A stretch of 64,000 nt of DNA from Selaginella moellendorffii (GCF_000143415.4 NW_003314267.1:2198932-2262931), one strand, 5' to 3'; shown: positions 46,643-58,950, counted from the first letter of the stretch. Program-made: numbers and translations. Notes: generated from the sequence alone by a model not told the origin.

Positions 46643-48573
46643 TTCTTATTAAACACCATCCTAATTCACTCTCTCTCTACTCACCTAGCAGTGATGTGGC
46701 ATGATGCTTTCTTTTTGTTTTTTCCTCTAGCGCACTCCCTCTCCCATCCGTCGCTGCTGCACACTCCTGCCCATGGCTATTGCCTGCCCACCCGCTCGCC
46801 CTCAACTTGCCCACCCACACATCTGCCTGTGCCCAACGTGCACCCTAATTATTTTCACGTGGCCACAACCCCAACACTTAGCCAAATTTCAATTAGCATG
46901 CCCTGTTCCACGTGGTTAGTTGCCCCATAATTGACCTAAAAAAGTTTCCATTCACGCCTACACCTTGTTCCACATGGTTAGTTGCCCTATAAACATTTCT
47001 GTTTCTTTTATGATCAAGCATGGTGGCAGAATATCAATTTCTAGAGGTAAGCAATCAATTCAACTTCATAATAATTCAAGAAAATCATTCAGGATCCCCT
47101 ATGGCTTGATGAGGTGTAAGAATTCCATGAAAAGGATTATTTTTATGCAGATGATTTAGATTGGAATTTGTCTAAATCAAATGAAATTATAGCTTCTATT
47201 GTGTATATATTACAGTAGGATGTGAATAGGATTCTAAATAGTGAGAAGAGAAGGGGTGATGGAGTGGATTTTTTCTCAATTTTCCAATAAAAATCATGAT
47301 CTTGGAGATTTAAAATGACCCAAAAACACAAGCTTTTTATCATTAATCAGATATATTTTTAACAAAATATAATTACTAACTTCTTGACACAGGTATTGGT
47401 GTGAATATGGAAAACAAGATGCTTATAAAAAATCCTCTACAATTGCTAAATCTACACCAAAGTCAGGACTTGGAAGTAGATTGGAAGTAGTAGTAGGTCA
47501 AAGTTCTACCCTTGCAATTTTTTTGTCAAACAGTTTTACAAATGGCTTGATTATTTGCAGATCACATATTATCATAAAGAGCATTGTGATAAGAATGGGA
47601 TTCCCTGTCATGGTTAATTTGATTTGAATGGAGGAAAGTCATTATTTCCTCAGCAGATATTTGACATTGGGTGGTTCATATGATCCAGCAGAATTTCACA
47701 TCAAATTAGATTTATAATGAGGATATGCAAATTGTGGGAAGGAACAAGTCAACCAGTGAACCTCCTTGTCGAGATGATTTTCTAACTATGCAGGATATTA
47801 ATAATTTGCATAGGAAGCATTTGCTTTCAACTTATTGACTACATGAGAATGATGCACAACACGTATTTAAAAAAACACAAATCCCAAGAAAGTATTTTTC
47901 TATTAGAAAGGTGATTGAGGTAAAGATTATTTTACCATAGGGATTCAAACACCTTGGCAACTGCAAAAAATGGTGGACTTTGCAAATAATAATTTGTTGA
48001 GTCTTGATGCAACTTTTAAAACTAATTATTACAAGATAAAATTTTGGAATTTCAACAGCACGTTGATAGTTATAATATATCCTCCAAGCAAGCAAAACCT
48101 TTGGTGGAAAGAATTACAAGTAAAAGAAAAGCTTCTAGTAGCCTAGAAGCAATTCCTTTTACTAGGCAAAGGAACAACAAGAAAGAAAAGCTCTTTAAAC
48201 AAAAAACTTAATCTTAGCAAAGAATAAATTTATAAAAAAACTCTTTATGTACTTGCATTGCATATGTTTAGATTAGTGAGAAGATTTCATAGCAAAAGTG
48301 GATCACCACTCCTATTGTTGATCATGGTCATCCATGACACTCATTGGCACGTAAAAAGGCATCCATGCATGCGCTGATTGAAATTGGGGTTGTGGCCACT
48401 TGGAAATAATTAGGGCGCATGCTAGGCGTGGGCAGGGAGTGCAGGTCGGGTGATAGCTACAGGCGGGAGTGCGCAGCTGCAACAGATGGGAGAGGCATGA
48501 TGCCACATCACTGCCAGGTAAGCAGAGAGAGAGAGAGAGAGAGTGAATCAGGATGGTGTTTAATGGAAGGCAC
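46643..48573 (+). mobile_element. Mutator-like long-TIR element, copy B (uninterrupted, ~1.9 kb)
   Basis: TIRs at ~46643-46900 and ~48365-48573; GAAGAGTGC at 46634-46642 and 48574-48582; internal YWCEYG and CNFFVKQFY...HCDKNGIPCHG remnants. Confidence 0.75.
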
Positions 48574-48688
48574 GAAGAGTGCTTTTATTCTAGTAGTTAT
48601 GGTATCATGGAGATTTTAAGCTTTTTAAGTTTAGAAAGTGCATTGTGTTCAAAATAGGAGTTTAATTAACTTCCATTTCAAAATCAAA

Positions 48689-49962
48689 TTAAATCCTCAG
48701 AGTGTCCAAGAGCCACTGGCGATTAAGTCCCCCAGCTTGCAAAGCCGTCATATAATCCTTATAAACCATAGGCTTAAACACTGGAGAGCCCTCCACCAAT
48801 TTGCTCGCTGGGTGCACCAAACTCTGCCAATTTGGCCCTATTGCCACTGGAATGGACATTCGATCTTCACTGCTATTAACCACAGCCCTGTGCTGGGCAC
48901 TCTTATACTTGTCATTGCTCAAAATCTGCAAGAGAATAAAAAGAAAACATTAACTTTGACCAGTCAGTCAATGCTAGTGAACGAGAAAGAGTGAACGCTG
49001 ACCTGGATCTGGTCGCCCAGATTGACCACGAACGAATAAGGTATGGGCTTCACGGAGTACCACTCGTTACCGTGCATCACCTGGAGACCCTCGACGTGAT
49101 CTTGGAGCAGCAGCGTGATCGATCCGGGGTCCGAGTGTGGGCCGATTCCCAGCACCAGATCGGGCTCGGGGCAAGCAGGATAGAAGTTGAGAGCCATGAC
49201 TTGCGAGCAGCCATTGAATGCCTTGTCGATGTAATCCTTTGGAAGATCCAAGCTCTCGGAGATGAGCTCCAGGAGGAACTTTGCAAGGTTGCGAACGCGA
49301 GTGGAGTAATCGGCAGTAACTTTCCTATAAGATGATCATATACCAGCGATGTTAAGAAAGGACGGCGAGAAGGTATTTATACCTGTAAGATGCTGGCTTT
49401 TCAGGCCAGAGTTCTTGCATCTCGGCCAGTGGGAGGCAGCTATGGCGGAGGTAATCTCTCCAGCTAAAGACCTTGTCTTGTGTTACATTGAAGCTGGTTC
49501 CATACCTCATTCGGGATTCGGTGTCTGTGGAGAAGTAGCGCATTTTCTCCTCGTTTGGGAGAGCGTGGAATTCGCGAGCCACCGATTGCATTTCATCCAC
49601 CAAAGAATGGGGAACACCGTGATTGATCACCTGTATGGCGAAGATCACACAATTCTCGATCAATTCTAGACCCAATGATTGGAACAAAGAGATTTTGGGA
49701 CATCCAACACCCAGCAAGAGCAATAGCACACCTGGAAGAAGCCCCATTGCACGCAAGCTTCACGGATTTGCGGGACAAGCGCTGCTCGAGCCTCGCTCGA
49801 ATTCAAGGCGGCGCCAAGATCCAAGACTGGGAAGCTTTCCTCGCGATGAACGGCATTTGGGCGCTCCTCTTTGGATTGGATGTAAATGCCGGGCAGCTTG
49901 TCCAGGCCCGAATCCACCAGATTCTTCACACCCAAGTGGAGTGGAAGAACTTCGGTGGCCAT
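48689..49962 (-). CDS. 2OG/Fe(II) dioxygenase, copy 4
   Basis: Four exons, intact motifs; nearly identical to copy 2. Confidence 0.9.
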
Positions 49963-50202
49963 TGTTGAGCTCTTCGCAAAGATAAGCTTCCTCTGGTTTT
50001 ATACTAAAACTTTCTTGGCGAATACGAAAAAATATCTTGGATTTTCTAGATTCTAAAAGAGGTTCGGTCCCGTGTGGCTGCTAAGAAGGAACTACGAAAC
50101 TAAAAGTTGGCATAGCAAAATGAACCACCGCTCAGCGGTCCAGATGGCATCACGAATGGACGGACGTGATTGCTCTATTGGTCTCGAGGATATTCCAGGG
50201 CC
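49963..50202. promoter_or_regulatory. Putative bidirectional promoter between the dioxygenase and OEP80
   Basis: 240 bp between divergent ATGs; retained almost unchanged at 27121-27360 and 43077-43316. Confidence 0.5.
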
Positions 50203-53200
50203 ATGCCACGGGCAAAGGCAATGTCGTCTTCCAGGGCGGAGGCGCCACCGTCGGCGCTCCAGCCCGCGCGGATTCTCTTCTCCGGAATCAAGGTACCCGA
50301 TCTCTCGCGCCAGTTCCAGCAGCACAATGCCATCCCGTCGCTGCTCGATCGGATCAATTCGCCGCTGGCAGCTGCCAGATCCTTGCTCCAGCGCGTTCTT
50401 CCTCCTAGGGCAGCCACATCCGGCAGGGAGCCGCTGCTCCAGTCGCTCCAGGCGCGGATTTTAGGGTCGCTTCGGCAGCGCCATGCCGCGCTCTTCTGCT
50501 CGGCATCGCTGGGCGCTGGCGATGATCAGCGCAAGGAGAATTCCATGGCGGTGGCCGTCAGGAAGGGTTCTAGGGGGAAGGAGGAGGAGGAAAGAGTCCT
50601 TATCAGCGAGGTTCTTGTCCAAGATAAAGATGGGCAGGAGCTGGAAAACTCGGAGATTTTGGCCACTGCTCGACAGGCTCTAAAGTCGTGTAAATCGAAT
50701 TACGCGCTCACGACGAAAGAGGTCCAAGAGGACGTCCATCGGATCATCGAGACTGGATTTTTCGCGTCTTGCATGCCTGTTGCCGAAGATACACGAGATG
50801 GAGTCAGGCTGATTTTCAAGGTGCTGGCTGCTGATCCTTCTATTTTACTTCCCTTTTGCTGCATTCTCACAATCTTTTCCACAGGTCGAGGCTAACCAAG
50901 AACTTCGTGGCCTTGTTTGCAATGGCGCAAACGTTCTTCCCACGAAGGTTATCGAGGATGCCTTTCGAAACGAGTATGGTATGCCATTTGTTTCTCTTTT
51001 CATCTTTTTTCCGAGTGGGGAAGTAGCATTAAGAATGTATTGCATTGCTCTTTAAGTTTTGCAGGAAAAGTTGTGAACATTCAAAGGCTTAACACGGTTC
51101 TCGACACTTTGAATGGATGGTACCGAGATAGAGGCTACTTTGCACAGGTAGATTCTTGCGCATTCCTTTTTTTTGAGATGGTTCTAGTGACAGTACACAG
51201 GTGACAGACCTGGAGATAATGCCAGACGGTATTCTCAAAGTACAATTTGCTGAGGCAGTAGTTAACAACATCAATATACGATTTTTGGACAGGAAAACGT
51301 AAGCTTTTCTAGTCTGAAAGAAGTAAGGGTGTGTGAAAAGTTGAACTTGTAGGGGGGAGCCGACTGTCGGGAAAACAAGGCCCGAAACATTGCTTCGTCA
51401 GCTTACGACGAAAAAAGGACAGGTGAATTCCAAAATCTTTTTTGTTTCTAGCATTAGACCCTGTATGATAAATTTACAGGTATACAGCTTGCAACAAGGT
51501 AGACGAGATGCCGAAACGGTCTTTACAATGGGAATTATGGAAGATGTCAATATCGTGCCACAGGCTGCTGGAGGTATCATTTCTATTGTTGTATATGTTA
51601 TTGAAGAGGTATTGTTTTCAGATACTGGGATGGTAGACTTGACAATGAATGTAGTGGAACGTGTACCTGGAGGATTTTCCGCAGGAGGGGGGTTGTCAGG
51701 AAACGGGTATGTCATCACAACTTGTAAGAACCGAATTGATTTTCTAAATGTTACCATCTGCGCAGCATGACGAACGGAGCATTGTCGGGTTTGGTTGGGA
51801 GGTAAGACGGCTCGACTTCTATGGAATTTGTTTGTGTTAAAATGTTGGTGGCTGCAGTTTTGCTTATTCCCATAGAAATGTGTTTGGACGTAATCAGAAG
51901 CTGAACGTATCATTGGAGAGGGGTCAAGTGGACTCGATGTTTCGTATTAACTACACCGATCCTTGGATTGAGGGGGATGACAAACGCACGTCCAGAGCAA
52001 TCAACATCCAGGTAAAGCACGGAAAACTTCAAGGGACTTATCAGCTCACATATAGATATTTGCAGAATTCTCGGAGTCCAGCCTCTATGACTCATGGCGT
52101 TCGAAGAGATGTTAGTTCATCTGGACCTTCGCATGGCGGCGTGACTGTCAGCCGGCTCATGGCATCAGTTGATTACAGCAGACCGCTACGACCAAAATGG
52201 AGCGGAACCGCTGGTTTGAGCTTTCAGGTGTACGCGTGCCATTTATCTTCAAAGCTGCTAACTTGAATCTACACAGCGAGCAGGAGCACGGGATGAGCAT
52301 GGTCAGGCCAAGGCTATTGATGTGTATGGGGGACCACTTACATTCAGGTAGTCGGTGTCTTCACTTGGTTCTTCTTTTATAGAGAGTTTTATATCTGTAG
52401 TGGCAAAGCGCACGACGACATGCTCATTGCGAAGCTTGAGCTGGTATACACGGATTCTGGTGATTATGGCTCTTCTCAGGTACAGCATCGTTGTCTGCTC
52501 GTCTTTTTCGTGGACCGCCAACCGTTTCCTTCATGTTCCAGCTTGTTTTAAACACGGAGCAAGGACTGCCAATTGCCCCGGATTGGCTTTTCTTCAATCG
52601 TGTCAACATCAGGGCCCGCCAGGGCGTGAGGATCGGACAAGTTCGATGCATAACAAGGCAGGCCACATTTGTTTTTGTTTTTCCAAAGTCGGTTTCATAA
52701 TCTCGTGGTTTTTCTAGCTTCTCTGCCGGTAACGTGGCTGGAGATCTCGCCCCTCACGAAGCGTTTCCGATAGGAGGAACAAACAGCGTCCGTGGTTACG
52801 ACGAGGGAGCAGTCGGATCCGGGCGCTCTTACGCCGTGGCCAGCGGAGAAATCTCCATTCCTTTGGTAAGAAGAAGCTTTTGCTCAGACTCAGTTTTTGC
52901 TCAAGCGATCTCAAATCTTTGTTTTGCTCTTTTCTCTTTAGTGGGGTCCTTTGGAAGGTGCTGTGTTTGCAGACTATGGAACAGATCTAGGATCCGGACA
53001 CACAGTTCCCGGTAAGTCGATGTGATCTTTCTTTTGAAAGCTTTTATCGATCGAGCTCTTATAAACAGGTGATCCTGCGAGTGTTAGAGGAAAGCCAGGC
53101 TCTGGATATGGCTATGGAGCGGGCATTCGTGTCGATTCTCCTCTCGGGCCATTGCGACTAGAGTATGCTCTCAACGATCATAGAGCAAAGCGCTTCCATT

Positions 53201-53223
53201 TTGGTATCGGCTATAGAAATTAA
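50203..53223 (+). CDS. OEP80: Chloroplast outer envelope Omp85 protein OEP80/Toc75-V, ~16 exons
   Basis: [25 protein letters not shown] motif [38 protein letters not shown] and C-terminal [12 protein letters not shown]...FHFGIGYRN*; consistent GT-AG introns. Confidence 0.93.
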
Positions 53224-53376
53224 GCTCTCTTATAGACATAGACATGTTCCATTTAAATCCTCCTTTCTTGGAAGCTTCTAAAACGTATATTCCTGGGATA
53301 TTAGAATATTTAAATTATTGCGAATGTGTGACCTCTTTCACACGGCTTAGGGTTTATCAGAGAGAGGTGCGCAGCT

Positions 53377-55291
53377 ATGGCGGGGAAGCTACTCCATTCC
53401 GTGAATCTCATCGATGCGCGCAGTGGCGAATCGATCAAGGCCGCCGATGCGCTGCGCAACAAGGTAACGCTGCTCGCGATCGCGCCGCACTGGCTGCCGA
53501 TGCCGCTGCGGCAGACCATGGCGTCGCTGGTCGAGGTCGTGGACGAGCTCCAGCAGCAGGGCAAGGAGATCGCGCTCGTCTACGTCGCCGTGGATCGCGA
53601 CGAGGACATGATCGCCAACCTCAAGGCACGCGGCAACGACAGGGTTCTCGACGATCGCCCGTCGCAGGAGTGTTTTGACGATCTCCGGAAGCAGATGTCG
53701 CAGGGGTGGATGGCTGTTCCTCTGGAGGATTCCGCCACGCGCGAGTCGCTACTCAAGGATTTGCGGTCTGGAGCTGGGATTTTCCATCTGGCCGTGATTG
53801 GAGAGGATGGAGAGGTCTTAACGCAAGATGGCCTGGACGTGATCTACAAGTGGGGGGCCGAGGGGTTTCCTTTCAGCGACGAACGAATTCAAGCCCTGGA
53901 GAAGGAGGCCGAGGAGAGGAAAGCCAACCAGAGTCTAAAGTCGCTGCTCGTCTCTCCGGATCGAGACTTCGTCATTGCAAACGATGGATCGAAGGTTTGT
54001 TCTCTAGATTGTTTTCGTTGTTCTTCCATCCTTTCTCTCATGTGTTTCTTGTGTTTCTCGGTTTTAAGGTGAAAGTAGAGAGCTTGGAAGGGAAGATCGT
54101 GGCGCTATACTTCTCCGGGCACTGGTGTGGTCCTTGCCGGAGCTTCACTCCCGTGCTGGCCAGGCTTTACAAACAGCTCAAAGACAAAGGTGAGGAGTTT
54201 GAGGTGGTGTTCGTCTCAGCGGACAACGACGAAGACGCTTTCGAGGAGTACCACAAGGAGATGCCATGGCTTGCGATTCCCTTCTCGGATTCCAAGACGA
54301 GGAAGCAGCTGGATCGCATTTTCGACATAGGTGGGATCCCGTCGCTGGTGGTCCTGGGCAAGGATGGCAAGACTGTCCACACTGATGCCGTGCAGCTCGT
54401 TTCCAAGCATGGTGTCGACGCTTATCCCTTCACTCCAGAGAAGCTGGACGAGATCAAGGCTGAGCAGGAGAAGAGGCGTGCTCAGCAAACTCTGGACTCG
54501 CTCCTGGTATCAAACAGCCGCGACTTTGTTGTCACTCACGATGGCAAAGAGGTAACTTGGAAAGTTTTTCTTCCTGACGCTGAAAAGTCTTTGTTTTCCA
54601 GGTGAAAATCAGCGAGCTCAAAGGAAAGACTGTCGGACTCTACTTCTCGGCTCACTGGTGCCCGCCTTGCCGCGGATTCACGCCGGAGCTCGTCCAAGTC
54701 TACAACGAGCTCAAGCAAAAGAACGCCGAGTTTGAGATCATCTTCGTCTCCAGCGACCGTGACGAGGGGGCCTTCAAGTCCTACTTCGCATCGATGCCGT
54801 GGCTGGCCCTCCCCTTCTCGGACCGCGAATCCAAGTCGGAGCTCTCCAGCTACTTCGAGGTGGAAGGCATTCCAACGCTGGTGATCCTGGGACCCGATGG
54901 GAAAACTCTCACCGCGGCTGGACGACGCCTGGTGGGGGCTTACAAAGCAGCGGCGTTTCCTTTCACGGGCTCGCACATCGAAGCTCTCAAATCCAAGGAG
55001 ATGGAGGAAGCCAACGCCGTGGCGGCACAGCTCCCGAAAGAGATCACTCACTCGAGCCATCCGGAGCATCCGCTCGCGCTCGTCGTGAGCGCGTACAAGG
55101 GGCCGTATGGCTGTGATGTCTGCGATCAAGATGGTACTGGCTGGGTCTATCACTGCGCCGAGTGCTCGTTTGATATCCATCCCAAGTGTGCCAAGCCGGA
55201 GATTGAGAAGAAGAAAGCGGAAGAACAAGAGGGCGGCGGCGCCAAGAAGGAAGGCTGGGTTTGCGAAGGCGATGTTTGCAAGAAGAATTAA
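53377..55291 (+). CDS. NRX1: Nucleoredoxin 1-like (three TRX-like domains plus C1-like Cys/His domain), 3 exons
   Basis: WCGPC and WCPPC active sites; HPEHPL...CDVC...YHCAECSFDIHPKC; ends GWVCEGDVCKKN; introns at ~53995-54069 and ~54552-54601. Confidence 0.92.
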
Positions 55292-55578
55292 ACTGAGCCG
55301 AATATTCTAAGGTATAGCAAGTTTGCTCTATAGAGACAAAAAAGGTGATAAAAGCCCTAAACAAGTATCTACGACTTGTTTGTTGTAGCCAAGCAATACA
55401 TGGAATGTTTAGGAGAAACAATAGCAAGATGCAATAAAGACGGCCATTCGAGCAGGAAGTTCGCATAGTTCAGAAGCTGGATATGGCCGACAAGAAGAAG
55501 AGCCAGTATACATTTACACAAAGATATATATCCTTGGAGTCCTGAGGATTTGGCCTAGTTATCTGCAGGACTTTAAGA

Positions 55579-56160
55579 GTGGCTTGCGATAGAGGAGGCA
55601 GCTGGATCGCATTTTCAACAAAGGCGGGATCCCGTCGCTGGTGGTTCTGGGCACGGATGCCGTGCAGCGCTCTGGAAAAGAAAGACTTTTCAGCGGAAGG
55701 AGAAAACTTTCCAAGTTACCTCTTTGCCATCGTGAGTGACAACAAAGTCGCGGCTGTTTGATACCAGGAGCGAGTCGAGAGTTTGGTGAGCACGCCTCTT
55801 CTCCTGCTCAGCCTTGATCTCGTCCAGCTTCTCTGGAGTGAAGGGATCCGCATCGACGCTTGGAAACGGGAGCTCAGAGGAAGATCGGTTGCCGCAGATT
55901 CACGCCGGAGCTCGTTCAAGTCTTCAACGAGCTCAAGCAAAAGAATTTGACGAGGAGGCCTTCAAGTCCTACTTTGCATCGATGGTCTCTCCTTCTCGGA
56001 TCGCGAATCCAAATCGGAGCTCTCCAGCTACTTCGACGTGGAAGGCATAACGCTGGTGATCCTGGCACCCGACGGCAAAACTCTCACCGCGGTTGGACGA
56101 CGCTTGGTGGGATCTTACAAAGCGGCGGCGTTTCCTTTGACGGACTTGCACATCGAAACT
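55579..56160. pseudogene. Scrambled nucleoredoxin copy with internal inversion
   Basis: Plus-strand pieces flank a ~200-bp segment (55672-55874) that is the reverse complement of ~54395-54601, including intron 2. Confidence 0.8.
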
Positions 56161-56736
56161 AGGTAATCTACAAGTGAGGTTTCAAAGCAAATGACGTCAT
56201 TCCCAAACAAAAGTTTGTAGGCCAAAGCGGGAGCCTCGCGGCGGCATAGGAATCTGCTGGCTCATTGATCCAGCTAGCGTCGGCACCATTCTCTTGGGTT
56301 GGGTGCTTTTGCAAGCTCCCCTTTGCGAACCCAATCGTGAAAAGAATGTCTTGTTTCTCCCCAGAGATCTGCCTCCTTCTAATGCCGGTCGAATCTAGAT
56401 AACCCGTGGCGACAGAAATCTAATCGCACACCTAACATAAAAAATCCCACCGTATCTCTTCATGTTGCCTCTACTTTCTATGACTTAGCAGGTTTTCATT
56501 CCTTCTCAGTTTTTCCAATCAAGTTATGAAGTGTAACTTGATCTAGCAAAATCTGGAAGCAGCCAACGCAGAGGCAGTATAGCTCCGAAACAGAAGCCAT
56601 CCGGTCGTACGAGGGGCCGTATGGCTGTGAATCAAGATGGCAATACTGTATGGTCCAATCAACTGCGCCGAATATTCTAATGGTATGCGCTTTTCTCTCT
56701 CTCCTTTATAAGGCATAATTAGGGTTTGTAGATTCG

Positions 56737-57404
56737 ATGGGTTTGCTAGTGTATTTGCGAAGGATTTTCCGGAGGGATGGTGCTCAAAAGAAAGAGGTGG
56801 AGAATCTTCCGGATCAGAAGCAAAGGCAGCAACGCAAAATTAAAATAAGAGACAGAAGATTTCTAGTGACGAAGGAGGAGCTGATCGATTACTGGGCGAG
56901 TTATGATAAGGTACGTGGATTTGGATCCGTTCGCGAGTGGATTATAGCACCATAGGAGTTCCTGTGATCTTCTAACACCGTTGCTTTCAGGATCTACTCC
57001 AGGAGAAGATGTAACCGTGGATTTGTAAGCGAGTAACCGAGTTTATGGGGGTAGAGGAGGCGTCCACTGTCGACTTGATTGTGAACAGTATCTCCGTAGA
57101 CCCTGAATCTATGCGGGATAAGCTAGCCATCTTGGATGATGCAAAGGAAAAGCTTGTGCTCAAGATATGGCGGATGCTTATCTTTGAGATCAAAGATGGG
57201 GATACCGATCATATGTTGACAGAGGTCCTTGAGAAAGATGGCGATTCTTCAAGCGATGCAGAACTCTGTAAAACTTTGCAGAGGCAGCGAATCCTAAAGC
57301 TAGTAGAGATGATAAAGAAGAAGAGAGCCCGGGACAACAAGGACGATAAACAGAGAACTTTTAGCGACAAAGATACTGGGAGGAAGAAGAGGAGGATTGA
57401 GTGA
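56737..57404 (+). pseudogene. PWI-domain (RBM25 C-terminus-like) gene with in-frame stop
   Basis: Exons 56737-56910 and 56991-57404 give EKM*PWICKRVTEFMGVEEAS...LVLKIWRMLIFEIK; TAA at 57012. Confidence 0.75.
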
Positions 57405-57435
57405 TGATTTTGTCTTTGTAAATCCATTTGGGATT

Positions 57436-58950
57436 CTAATGTTTAGATTTGAGCAAGTTGGCCAGAAGAACACAAGCATAACCAGCCCCGTGATCTTCCC
57501 GCTTTGGATCGCGAATCACAGAGCTCGCGGCATCCTTTCCACTGCCGAGATCCTCTACATTTTCGTGGTGCTTGCAAGCTCCAAGCAAGCAGTTCCACTC
57601 CAAGGAATCGGGAAAAAAGGGCATGGTGGTGATGAGCTCCTTTGCTTGGCTCAAGTAGCCCATCCTCGCCAGCATGTCGACCATGTAGCAGTAGTGCTGC
57701 TTCGTGGGGGACATGCCAAAGTCAGCGGCCATCGACAGGAGGCAGGACCGCGCGGTGTGGAGCTGACCGGCATGATTGCACGCAATCAGGACCCCGACAA
57801 TGCAGCACTCGTCTGGGGAGTCAACGCTCCTCATCAAGTCAAACAACTCGAACGCCGACCGCCATTGACCGTTGTTGGCGTAGGCGGCGAGAAGCGTGCC
57901 CCAGGAGACTGTGCCGGTCAACGGCATGGTCTCGAAAAAGGACTTTGCTCGCGACAGGTTTTTCCCCTGAGCAAACACATACAAGATTATTGTCCAGGAC
58001 ATGAGATCCCGGTGGGGCATTGAGTGGAAGAGAGACAGTGCTTGATGGAACAGCCTTTGCTGTGCTAGGGCCGACAGGATTGCGTTCCAGGACGCGAGAT
58101 TGAGCTCCGGCATAAGGTTGACTAAATTCACTGCTTCTTCCAAATGCCCGTTTTGGGCATATGCGCACAGGAGCGCGTTCCAGCTAACAACATCCTTTTG
58201 CGGCATGCTATCGAACATCACCTTTGCTTGCTCTATTTTGCCATACATCGCGTAGATTCCCACCATTGCCGTCCACGATACCGCACTCCTGTGCGGCATA
58301 GAGTGGAACATTCGCTCGGCCTCGTCAAGATTCCCTGTTCTGGATAATGCCACCACCATTGCGGTAAGAGCGACGAAATCTCTCTCCTGGAGCTGCTCAA
58401 AAACTCGTCTCGCGCTTGCGATGTCGCCAATATCCGCCGAAGCAACCAGAACTGCAGTTCCAGCCAAGAGATTGAATTCTGGCATTTCGTCCCAGAGATC
58501 AATAGCACGCCTCCAATGCCCGTTCTGGGCATATGCAGTTACCATTGCAGTCCAGGCAACCAGATCCCTTAGAGGCATCATGTCGAAGATGGCTTTCGTT
58601 TCTTCGTTTCCACCGTGCGTGGCATACGCGCTGAGCATTGACGTCCAGGCAACCAGGTTCTTGCCGGGCATGGCGTCGAATATTCTCCTGGCATTGTGAA
58701 TATACCCGTTGTGGGCATATGCCGAGAGCATCAGCACCCACGAGAAGCAGTCCCGGCGGTGCCCGATCGCGTCAAACACGTGGCGTGCGGATGCAACGCT
58801 GCCGCACCTTCCGTACATTTCAATCGCCTTGTTGTGCAAGAAGATGTCGGGTGGAGAAGGGGCGGAGAGGAGAGAGTGATGGATGCGATCTGCAGTGGAA
58901 AGATCTGTGCATGACTTGAGCAGTGTGATTGTGGTGGCTCTATCAAGCAT
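57436..58950 (-). CDS. PLS/SS-type PPR protein with partial E domain
   Basis: 504-aa intronless ORF of short repeats (FDxMPxRDxVxW), ACNHAG, HYCYMVDMLARMG and WNCLLGAC. Confidence 0.92.
   Translation of the reverse strand: MLDRATTITLLKSCTDLSTADRIHHSLLSAPSPPDIFLHNKAIEMYGRCGSVASARHVFDAIGHRRDCFSWVLMLSAYAHNGYIHNARRIFDAMPGKNLVAWTSMLSAYATHGGNEETKAIFDMMPLRDLVAWTAMVTAYAQNGHWRRAIDLWDEMPEFNLLAGTAVLVASADIGDIASARRVFEQLQERDFVALTAMVVALSRTGNLDEAERMFHSMPHRSAVSWTAMVGIYAMYGKIEQAKVMFDSMPQKDVVSWNALLCAYAQNGHLEEAVNLVNLMPELNLASWNAILSALAQQRLFHQALSLFHSMPHRDLMSWTIILYVFAQGKNLSRAKSFFETMPLTGTVSWGTLLAAYANNGQWRSAFELFDLMRSVDSPDECCIVGVLIACNHAGQLHTARSCLLSMAADFGMSPTKQHYCYMVDMLARMGYLSQAKELITTMPFFPDSLEWNCLLGACKHHENVEDLGSGKDAASSVIRDPKREDHGAGYACVLLANLLKSKH

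Noticed and set aside
3830-55291. Biosynthetic gene cluster around the dioxygenases
   Set aside because: Only one enzyme class is repeated; no scaffold-forming or other tailoring enzymes were seen.
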